A DNA stretch of 61,796 bases, the filler included. It is 5 parts of 5 records of this genome, joined end to end, with 100 filler letters (N's around TTAATTAATTAA, not from the genome) between each part and the next. Parts side by side here need not be neighbours in the genome. Positions count along the whole stretch, not along the records: positions 5,150 to 30,481 come from SRR2962707_3490; 4 more parts are not named here. One strand, given 5' to 3'. Position numbers and translations under genes: made by a program. Under the pieces are notes generated by a model. It did no database searches. It saw only the letters and a list, made by a program, of their open reading frames with translations, and was not told where the DNA came from. Shown here one piece after another: positions 10,660 through 18,535 of the stretch. Each line of letters begins with the position of its first letter. Within the stretch, counting starts at the first letter, position 1.

Positions 10660-10749
10660 TGGATCACCTCCTTTACATTTGTTGAACTTACCCAAAGCTT
10701 TGCACAGGATGGGCAAAAGGCAAAACGTTTTTTGAGGTCGTGAAATGCA

Positions 10750-10798
10750 TGCGGGCGCAAAGATGTGGCCAGTCTTTGGCATCATCTTTGCGCCCGCA
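10750..10798. repeat. 16-bp perfect inverted repeat (REP-like or yhhQ 3' hairpin)
   Basis: TGCGGGCGCAAAGATG...CATCTTTGCGCCCGCA. Confidence 0.8.
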
Positions 10799-10817
10799 GG
10801 GGTCGTTTGAATGTGGT

Positions 10818-11438
10818 CTAGCGCGCGGGCAGCAGCCGTGCAGTGATCAAGCGGAAAGGGACCAAGGCGATCAACGCGAGGCTAAGTTTCACCGCCCAAT
10901 CAGCCACAGCAAGCGATACCCACAGCGGTGCAACTGGCCCGCTGCCGAGCAATGGCAGCGCTTCGGTCGCCCAAGATACGTCTGTTAAGGGGCTGATAAA
11001 CGTCAACGCGCCAGAGAATGCGATCGAGAAGAACAGTACCGTATCGACGGTGCTGCCGATCAATGTGCTGGCAAGGGGGGCGCGCCACCATTTACCGTCC
11101 CGAAGGGCCGAAAAAATCGCGACATCAAGAAGCTGTGCCACCAGAAAGGCAGCACCGGAACCGATGGCGATCCGGATTGTCACCAGCGGGCCAAACTCGC
11201 CCATGATCTGTGTGCCGATCAAAGAGCAGACCAAACCAACGACGAAACCCACCAGAACCACGCGCCGTGCGGCAGCTTGGCCGTAAACGCGGTTCATGAT
11301 GTCCGTCACCAGAAAGGCGAGAGGATAGGTAAACGCGCCCCAAGTGAGCCATTGCCCATAGAGGAATTGAACGAGAATATTGGAGGCCACAACAATGGCG
11401 GCCATGGCAATAATGCCGGGAAGATATGTGCGTGTCAT
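10818..11438 (-). CDS. yhhQ: Queuosine precursor transporter (VUT/YhhQ, COG1738)
   Basis: VASNILV, TWGAFTYPLAFLVTD, RIAIGSGAAFLVAQLLDV, VDTVLFF. Confidence 0.93.
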   Translation of the reverse strand: MTRTYLPGIIAMAAIVVASNILVQFLYGQWLTWGAFTYPLAFLVTDIMNRVYGQAAARRVVLVGFVVGLVCSLIGTQIMGEFGPLVTIRIAIGSGAAFLVAQLLDVAIFSALRDGKWWRAPLASTLIGSTVDTVLFFSIAFSGALTFISPLTDVSWATEALPLLGSGPVAPLWVSLAVADWAVKLSLALIALVPFRLITARLLPAR

Positions 11439-11445
11439 GTGTTAA

Positions 11446-11476
11446 CCGTTTTTTGCAAGGGTGCGGCGACTTGGCC
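11446..11476 (-). promoter_or_regulatory. preQ1 class I-like riboswitch (translational) upstream of yhhQ
   Basis: CAAG-UCGCCGCACC-CUUG-CAAAAAA-CGG: P1 stem, 10-nt loop, A-tract, loop CCG pairing with CGG at the RBS position 7 nt before AUG. Confidence 0.72.
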
Positions 11477-11528
11477 TGCGGGGATCGCAGACAAAGCCGC
11501 CTTAAGGGGTTGATCTGAGTCTTGCAAG

Positions 11529-12422
11529 CTAATCGATGACCGAAAACTCGATGATCTGGGTGTTCTGGAACGGCATGAAATTGTCGTCTGAGACAAGCGT
11601 TAGGTGGGTTTTACCGGATGTATCCGCCCAAACCGCGATGCCTTCGAGGTTGTCAAATCGCGCCGGCAGGGTCTGAATGAGCGTAACGCTGTGGGGCGTC
11701 GGGGCATCAAGATCGATCCGTCTGATCCGGGTTCTAAAACCGATAGGGGTCACGGTACGCTCCAGGAGATAGAGCAGCCCATCTGCATCGAAATCCGCGC
11801 CAACCGGCAGAAAGGGGCCGTTTCTGGGTATTTGAGCCGCGATTGTTGGTTCCCCGTCTTTAAAGGCGAAGAGCGGAAAATGATCACCTTGCGATTGTTC
11901 GGCGATGGCGTAGATCGTACCGTCTGCACCGACGGCCAATGCCTCAAGACCGCTGTTTTCAGCGTCGAAATCTGATGCGGGAAAAGTGACGAAAGGTGTT
12001 GTTACGCCATTTTCCATGTCCAGCTTTACGATCCGGTGCTGTCCTTCAAAGCTGACATAGTGTTGGCCATCGGGTGCAATCGCCAATCCTTCTGCATCGG
12101 TGAAAGGTTTACGCAATATCTTGCCAGCCTCATCCCGGATCGCGACAGAATGGGTGATCTCGGCCGATGTGATTGAACCCGCCTCTCGGTGCAGGGTGGC
12201 CTGAACAATGCGACCGCGATCCGTGACAATGGTCAACGACTGGCCGTCAGACGAAAGCTCCACCCCGGAAAAGCCGCCGAACCAAGATGCGTTGTCGTAC
12301 CAGACAAATTCTGACTCGAGATGCAACACAGGTTTATCCCCGGCCGCGAAAACGGCCGAGGTTAGAAGTAGGGTAAGCATGAGGCTGATAAGGTTCAGTT
12401 CGCTTCCAGTACTGATTGGCAT
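11529..12422 (-). CDS. Esterase-like activity of phytase family protein
   Basis: FGGFSG, DAEGLA, NSGLEAL, DNLEG, VSDDNF; start uncertain. Confidence 0.85.
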   Translation of the reverse strand: MPISTGSELNLISLMLTLLLTSAVFAAGDKPVLHLESEFVWYDNASWFGGFSGVELSSDGQSLTIVTDRGRIVQATLHREAGSITSAEITHSVAIRDEAGKILRKPFTDAEGLAIAPDGQHYVSFEGQHRIVKLDMENGVTTPFVTFPASDFDAENSGLEALAVGADGTIYAIAEQSQGDHFPLFAFKDGEPTIAAQIPRNGPFLPVGADFDADGLLYLLERTVTPIGFRTRIRRIDLDAPTPHSVTLIQTLPARFDNLEGIAVWADTSGKTHLTLVSDDNFMPFQNTQIIEFSVID

Positions 12423-13330
12423 TGCGCAGGCAAATCCGCCAAGACCAGTTCGCGTTTAGGTTTGCGTTTTGGCGGATTGGGATTTGGCGGTGGTGGGTTC
12501 AGGATATTCGCCTGCCATTGCCGCGCATCGGCGCACCCATCACCGGCAGGGGGCGGCGCTTGATCTACGCAACCGCGTGCCCCATTTGGGCAGCTTAGGC
12601 GAACATGGAAATGATAATGGTGCCCATACCACGGGCGAATTTTGCGCAGCCAGCTGCGGTCGCCTTTTTCATCCGCACACATTTGGACCTTTGCCCCGGG
12701 AAAGACGAAAATACGGGCGACGCGGGGGTCGGATGCCGCTGCTTTCAAGACTTCGTGGTGTTGTCGGGTCCAGCTGCTGTTGACGTAGGCCCCTTTCGCT
12801 CGGCGCATCGAGATCGACGAAATTTCTTCGCGCTCAGCGCGGCTTAGGTTCAGCGACTGGGGCGGCAACATCCAGATATCGGCGTCCAGGCCCATCTGGT
12901 GACTGGCATGGCCGGTCAGCATCGGGCCGCCACGTGGTTGGCTCATGTCGCCCACATAAATCCCGTTCCAGCCGGGCTGCTGCGCCGCTTTTGCGCTTAA
13001 TTTTTTAACAAAATCGATCGTCTCTGGGTGGGCCCAGTTCCGGTTGCGCGACAAACGCATGGCCTGCCACGTGGGCCCCGTTTCCGGCAATTGCTGTGCG
13101 CCCGCAACACACCCCTTGGCATAGCTGCCAAAGGCCGCCGGGCTTTGCCGTGATCCGCCGCTTTTTGCACCGAAAAGTTTCTTGGCCTCAACATTGCTTA
13201 GCGCACCGCCGGAGGATCCGATGGTCGGCAAAATCTGGGATGCCTGCCGGTTTGGCTGGGATGGTGTCCCGCTACATGCGGTTATTGCCAAAGCCAGGGT
13301 TATACCGGCCAAAAAACGGGAAACGATCAT
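12395..13330 (-). CDS. mepA: Penicillin-insensitive murein endopeptidase
   Basis: GSYAKGC, RNRNWAHP, GHASHQMGLDAD, HYHFHVRL; lipoprotein-like signal; ATGA overlap with MFS stop. Confidence 0.92.
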   Translation of the reverse strand: MIVSRFLAGITLALAITACSGTPSQPNRQASQILPTIGSSGGALSNVEAKKLFGAKSGGSRQSPAAFGSYAKGCVAGAQQLPETGPTWQAMRLSRNRNWAHPETIDFVKKLSAKAAQQPGWNGIYVGDMSQPRGGPMLTGHASHQMGLDADIWMLPPQSLNLSRAEREEISSISMRRAKGAYVNSSWTRQHHEVLKAAASDPRVARIFVFPGAKVQMCADEKGDRSWLRKIRPWYGHHYHFHVRLSCPNGARGCVDQAPPPAGDGCADARQWQANILNPPPPNPNPPKRKPKRELVLADLPAQCQSVLEAN

Positions 13331-14700
13331 TTTTCGAAATCTCCATTCGGTTTGACCCATATTAACAGAATTAGGCCAAGTATGAAGAGCCCAACCACGG
13401 GTGTAATGCCTAACCTTTGACTTCCGGTTAAATCGCTTGCAATCGCAATCAGCGCCGGTGCCAGAAACGCTGTTGCCTTGCCAGAAAGCGCGTAAAGGCC
13501 AAACGCTTCGGTCATGCGGTTGGGATTGCCTTGCCAGGTCAACATGTTGCGGGAGGATGCCTGCAACGCGCCGCCTGCGGCACCGATCAATGCACCGGCA
13601 ATGTAGAACAAGATGTCAGGCAGGGCCGACCCGTCGCTTAGGGCAAAGCCCATAACCGACGTTGGCGTGAGCGAAATGATCAAACAAGCCGTTGCGATCA
13701 GGATAATACAGCAAACAACGATGACCGGCATGGGGCCGATTGCGCGGTCAACACGCCCGCCAATCCAGCAAAAAACGGCACCTGAAACAGCCGCAAGGAT
13801 ACCAAAGATGCCGATATCGATGATCGACCAGTTCAACACGCCAAGCGCATAGATGCCGCCAAACGTGTACATGCCGTTTAGCGCGTCGCGGTAAAACATG
13901 GATGACCCAAGATAGGCAAGAAGCGAGGGCTGCTGCGGTAACTTTTTAAGGGTTCGGCTCAGGTCAGACAACGCCTTGCCTACAATGTATTTTTCGGCAT
14001 TCGGCTTTGGCGTGTCGCGGATGTATAAAAAGAAGGGGATCATGAACACAACGTACCAGATTGCGGTGAGCGGCCCAACGATCCGTGTGTCGGCCTTGGT
14101 GGTGGGGTCAAGGCCAAATGCAGGGTCGAGCCCCAGCATCGTTTTTCCAGTGTCGCCGGCTTGAAACAAGAAAATCATCACAATCAGCGCGACAACACCG
14201 CCCACATATCCAAACCCCCAGCCTGATCCTGAAATGCGCCCTCTCTCAGCGGGATCGGGCGAAAGTTCAGGCAGATAGGAATTGGTGAAAATTGTTGCGA
14301 ATTCCATTCCGATGAGGCCGATACCAAAGAATAATAGTGCCCAAATGACCGAGAAATCCAGCGGTGCGGTCCACCAAAGGGCTGCGGACCCGATCACGTA
14401 GAGGGCAGAGAACAGCCAAATCCATGGCATGCGTTTGCCGGTTGAATCCGCCACAGCACCCAGCAGGGGCGCAAGAATTGCGATGGAAATACCCGCGACG
14501 GCAAGCCCATAGCCCCAATATGCTTGCGCCTGCGCCTTAGCTAAATCCACGGGCATCCCGCCATCAATCAAAGATGCAGTGGCTGTTTGTGCGAAATAGG
14601 GACCGAAAATAAAGGTCAAAAGCAGCGTATTAAATGGCTGGCTTGCCCAATCAAAGAAATACCAGCCCCAGATTTTTTTCCGTGATGAAATCGTCGCCAT
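13327..14700 (-). CDS. MFS transporter (UMF1/Atg22-like)
   Basis: WYFFDWASQPF, RGRISG.GWGFGYVGG, FGLYALSGK. Confidence 0.9.
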   Translation of the reverse strand: MATISSRKKIWGWYFFDWASQPFNTLLLTFIFGPYFAQTATASLIDGGMPVDLAKAQAQAYWGYGLAVAGISIAILAPLLGAVADSTGKRMPWIWLFSALYVIGSAALWWTAPLDFSVIWALLFFGIGLIGMEFATIFTNSYLPELSPDPAERGRISGSGWGFGYVGGVVALIVMIFLFQAGDTGKTMLGLDPAFGLDPTTKADTRIVGPLTAIWYVVFMIPFFLYIRDTPKPNAEKYIVGKALSDLSRTLKKLPQQPSLLAYLGSSMFYRDALNGMYTFGGIYALGVLNWSIIDIGIFGILAAVSGAVFCWIGGRVDRAIGPMPVIVVCCIILIATACLIISLTPTSVMGFALSDGSALPDILFYIAGALIGAAGGALQASSRNMLTWQGNPNRMTEAFGLYALSGKATAFLAPALIAIASDLTGSQRLGITPVVGLFILGLILLIWVKPNGDFEK

Positions 14701-14887
14701 TTGTGCTCTCCGGTTTTGAGGGACGGTAGTGCAGTGGTGTGCCGCCGCGCAAGGAACGTTTTGTGTGCCGCGCATAACACTAAGAGGTAGAACGAAGACC
14801 CGGGTGGATATATCGGGCAAAAGCGGTTTGCATTTTTGGGACGCGTCTATATTCCATTCGGAGTATCTGAGTTATTTTGAGCTTTAT

Positions 14888-15208
14888 ATGATCCGTATTT
14901 TATACTTTAGCACCGCCCGCCCGTCCGTTTCGAAAGAAGCGGTCAATCAGATTGCGGCAAAAGCCCAAGTGAAAAACCGCGAGCTGGGGATCACCGGCGC
15001 ATTGGCTTATAATGGTCGCAATTTTTGCCAGGCGTTAGAGGGTGAAGAGGCTAAGGTACGAGACCTTATCGAGAAAATCCGTGCCGATGAACGGCATAGT
15101 GGCTTCAAGATACTTGACGAAAAGCAGATATCAGAGCGCTATTTCCCTGAATGGACGATGGAACTGGTGAGCGAGCTGGATTTTTCAGTCGTGATTAATT
15201 CGATGTAA
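14888..15208 (+). CDS. Short stand-alone BLUF blue-light sensor
   Basis: LYFS, N..LGITGAL, FCQALEG, DERH, FPEWTM: Tyr/Asn/Gln/Trp/Met conserved. Confidence 0.9.
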   Translation: MIRILYFSTARPSVSKEAVNQIAAKAQVKNRELGITGALAYNGRNFCQALEGEEAKVRDLIEKIRADERHSGFKILDEKQISERYFPEWTMELVSELDFSVVINSM

Positions 15209-15284
15209 TGATAGGTCTATCGCTGCCCTTGCTCTTTCGCGGGGGGCTGCTTAACTGCATTCCAGTCAATAAAAAGGTCGAGCC

Positions 15285-15572
15285 ATGACATCGTTGTTCC
15301 AAATTCTGATGCTGCTGTTGAATATCGTGTGGTTCGTCATCATCGCCCATGTGATCATGAGCTGGCTGATCAACTTTCAGGTATTGAATTTGCGGCAGCC
15401 ACTGGTCGCGCAGATTTGGGACGGGCTAAACCGCTTGCTGGAGCCGGTCTATCGCCGCGTGCGTAGCTTTTTGCCTGTGATGGGCGGCCTTGATCTTGCG
15501 CCGCTGGTTGTTTTGATTTCGGTCGCGATTTTACGTATCCTTTTGATAAACAACGCAGCACTGTTTTACTGA
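15285..15572 (+). CDS. yggT: YggT family membrane protein
   Basis: IMSWLINF...LLEPVY...GGLDLAP. Confidence 0.9.
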   Translation: MTSLFQILMLLLNIVWFVIIAHVIMSWLINFQVLNLRQPLVAQIWDGLNRLLEPVYRRVRSFLPVMGGLDLAPLVVLISVAILRILLINNAALFY

Positions 15573-15680
15573 ACGACCCTTCGGGGAGGATATTTGGAAA
15601 GCCAGAGAAGCATGGGTATTGTCCCTTGTTTCTGAGTGTGGGAGTCTGCGCCCAACGAGCAGAACATAGTTAGGTTTTCC

Positions 15681-17726
15681 ATGTCAGGCGCTGCCACGCT
15701 TTTACGTGACGTATTCGGTTTCGACGGATTCCGCCCCGGCCAGCAAGAGATCGTCGAGGCGGTAACTGCGGGCGAAAATGTTCTTGCCATCATGCCGACG
15801 GGGGGCGGTAAATCCCTTTGCTTTCAAATGCCTGCGCTGCTGCGCGAGGGGGTAACGGTTGTTATCTCACCGCTGATTGCATTGATGCGCGATCAAGTCA
15901 GGGCGCTGCAGGAACTTGGTGTTGGGGCAGGGGCGCTTACTTCGGGGAATACGCCAGAAGAAACCGATGCGGTCTGGGAGGGGCTCGAGGCGGGGACGCT
16001 GAAGCTGCTTTATATGGCACCGGAACGGCTGGCGGCAGGATCTGTGATCGGCATGCTCAAGCGCGTTGGCGTGTCCATGATCGCCGTCGATGAGGCGCAT
16101 TGCGTCAGCCAATGGGGCCATGATTTCCGCCCCGACTATTTGCGCATCGGGGAATTGCGCAGGGCATTGAATGTGCCCTTGGCGGCATTCACGGCTACGG
16201 CCGATGCTGAGACCCAGGTTGAGATCGTACAAAAGCTGTTCGACGGCGCGGCCCCGCGTGCATTTTTGCGGGGTTTTGATCGCCCCAATATCCATCTGGC
16301 ATTTGCGGCTAAAAATTCCCCACGTGCGCAAATTTTGAATTTCGCGGCAGGGCGCAAGGGCCAGTCGGGCATTGTTTATTGCGGGACACGTGCCAAAACT
16401 GAAGGGCTTGCCAAGGCATTGCGGGATGAGGGGCATGTTGCCTTGCATTACCATGGTGGTATGGAAGCCGAAGACCGCCGCATTGCCGAGCGGCGTTTCC
16501 AGCAAGAAGATGGGTTGATTGTTGTTGCCACGGTTGCGTTTGGCATGGGCATCGACAAGCCGGACATCAGATGGGTCGCGCACGCGGATTTGCCGAAATC
16601 GATCGAAGCGTATTATCAGGAAATTGGCCGCGCAGGTCGGGACGGTTCTCCGGCCGAGACGTTTACGCTTTTTGGGTCGGATGACATTCGCCTGCGCCGC
16701 AGCCAGATTGACGAAGGGATAGCACCTCCAGAACGGCGGGCTGCCGATCATGGCCGCCTGAATGCGCTGTTAGGTCTGGCAGAAGCGTTGGAATGCCGGC
16801 GCAAAACCTTGTTGGGGTATTTCGACGAAACCGAAATTTCCTGCGGGCGGTGCGATCTATGTGATACGCCAGCAGATGTCTTCGATGGCACGACAGCAGT
16901 GCGCAAGGCGCTGTCAGCCATGCTGCGCACGGATGAATGGTTCGGATCGGGTCATCTGATCGATATCCTGCTTGGGAATGAGACTGACAAAATTCGCGAA
17001 CGGGGCCATACGAGCCTGCCAACCTACGGGGTGGGGACTGAATATGACAAACGGCAGTGGCAGGCTGTTTTCCGGCAAATGATGGGGCATGATTTGGTGC
17101 GCCCCGACGCCGAACGCCACGGGGCGCTGCGCATGACGGATGCTGCGTTGCCTATTTTGCGGGGCGAAGCGCAGATTTCCCTGCGCCGTGATAGCATACG
17201 CGCTGCGGGTGCCACGCGCCGCCCAGCCGTCAAGATGTTGGTCAGTGAGGAAGACGCGCCGCTGCTTTCCGCGTTGAAGGCCAAAAGGCGCGGGCTGGCA
17301 GAAGCTGCCAAAGTACCCGCCTATATCATTTTCAATGACCGCACTTTGATTGAAATGGCAGAAAAGCGGCCTGACAGTTTGGATGCCATGGCCCGTGTTG
17401 GTGGTGTTGGCGCAAAGAAACTGGAAAGCTATGGGCGTGCGTTTCTGGATGTGATCAACGGGGCGTCTCAAGAGATGCATCCGACCCGTCGCAAACTGGC
17501 CGGGCGCGAGGCGGGAACTGTCTATGACCGCCTGCTGGAGGTGCAGGCGGAATTGGCGCGGGGTGCCGCCGGAACCGACAAGCCGCTGAGTTGCTCTGCT
17601 TCGCTGTTGGCCAAGGTTGCGCAGCTGCGAAATGCCGACGACGCCGCTCTTGAACGTCTGCTGGGGGACAAGCGTGCCGAAAGGTTTGGCCCCGCATTTC
17701 TGGACGTTCTGAGGGAGGCGGGCTAA
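15681..17726 (+). CDS. recQ: DNA helicase RecQ
   Basis: MPTGGGKS, DEAHCVSQWGHDFRP, QEIGRAGRDG, RQC and HRDC domains. Confidence 0.96.
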   Translation: MSGAATLLRDVFGFDGFRPGQQEIVEAVTAGENVLAIMPTGGGKSLCFQMPALLREGVTVVISPLIALMRDQVRALQELGVGAGALTSGNTPEETDAVWEGLEAGTLKLLYMAPERLAAGSVIGMLKRVGVSMIAVDEAHCVSQWGHDFRPDYLRIGELRRALNVPLAAFTATADAETQVEIVQKLFDGAAPRAFLRGFDRPNIHLAFAAKNSPRAQILNFAAGRKGQSGIVYCGTRAKTEGLAKALRDEGHVALHYHGGMEAEDRRIAERRFQQEDGLIVVATVAFGMGIDKPDIRWVAHADLPKSIEAYYQEIGRAGRDGSPAETFTLFGSDDIRLRRSQIDEGIAPPERRAADHGRLNALLGLAEALECRRKTLLGYFDETEISCGRCDLCDTPADVFDGTTAVRKALSAMLRTDEWFGSGHLIDILLGNETDKIRERGHTSLPTYGVGTEYDKRQWQAVFRQMMGHDLVRPDAERHGALRMTDAALPILRGEAQISLRRDSIRAAGATRRPAVKMLVSEEDAPLLSALKAKRRGLAEAAKVPAYIIFNDRTLIEMAEKRPDSLDAMARVGGVGAKKLESYGRAFLDVINGASQEMHPTRRKLAGREAGTVYDRLLEVQAELARGAAGTDKPLSCSASLLAKVAQLRNADDAALERLLGDKRAERFGPAFLDVLREAG

Positions 17727-17755
17727 GTCACGGGTGTGCCAAAAAGAGGATGACC

Positions 17756-18535
17756 ATGCTCACTGTTATTTCGCCTGCCAAAAAGATGAACTGGGACGCA
17801 CGTGATGTGCAAATGACGACGCCTGATATGTTGGGCGACGCGGCAGATTTGGTGCGTTCTGCGCGCGATCTTAGCGTGGGTGATCTGAAATCGCTTATGC
17901 ATCTCAGTGATAATCTGGCCAAGCTGAACCGTGATCGTTTCGCCAGTTATCAAGACAGCCCTAGCGATGAGGTCCTGCGCCCGGCCGCATTGGCATTTGC
18001 CGGTGACACCTATCAAGGCCTCGAAGCGGCGAGCCTTGAGGAGGATGAGCTGGCCTATGCCCAAGAGCATTTGCGCATTCTTTCAGGGCTTTATGGTGTG
18101 TTGCGCCCTTTGGACGGTATCCAGCCCTATCGCCTTGAGATGGGCAGCAGGCTCAAGACCCAACGGGGTAAAAACCTGTACGAATATTGGGGGGCAAAGC
18201 TGTCTTTGGCGTTGAATGAACAGGCTGAAACGACGGGCAGCAGTGCATTGATCAATTGTGCCAGTCAGGAATACTTCGGGGCTGTCGACCTAAAGGCTCT
18301 CAAGCTGAACGTCATCACCCCCCAGTTCATGGAGGACAAAGGCGACGCTAAGGGCCCAAAAATCGTGAGCTTCTATGCCAAGAAAGCGCGCGGGGCCATG
18401 GCGCGTTTTGTCATTCAGAACCGTTTGAAAGATCCAGAATCCCTTCGTGATTTCGATATTGGCGGATATGAATGGCAACAAGATCTGTCGACACCTGAAA
18501 AACCGGTATTCCTGCGGCCTTACCCCGCCTCCTGA
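17756..18535 (+). CDS. yaaA: Peroxide stress protein YaaA
   Basis: ISPAK, LRILSGLYGVLRPLD, YRLEMG, AKKARG. Confidence 0.93.
   Translation: MLTVISPAKKMNWDARDVQMTTPDMLGDAADLVRSARDLSVGDLKSLMHLSDNLAKLNRDRFASYQDSPSDEVLRPAALAFAGDTYQGLEAASLEEDELAYAQEHLRILSGLYGVLRPLDGIQPYRLEMGSRLKTQRGKNLYEYWGAKLSLALNEQAETTGSSALINCASQEYFGAVDLKALKLNVITPQFMEDKGDAKGPKIVSFYAKKARGAMARFVIQNRLKDPESLRDFDIGGYEWQQDLSTPEKPVFLRPYPAS

Larger units (their letters stand above)
10502..10690 (-). ncRNA. Putative small (possibly dual-function) RNA with extended SD, sORF and terminator
   Basis: AAAGGAGGTGATCCAG, 18-codon ORF, internal anti-SD CACCTCC, terminator; possible promoter TTGCCT-N17-AAGCTT upstream. 5' end approximate. Confidence 0.5.

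Noticed and set aside
10659-10674. 16S rRNA gene fragment
   Set aside because: Only the terminal 16 nt match and the flanks are not rRNA or ITS-like; better read as an extended SD on the minus strand
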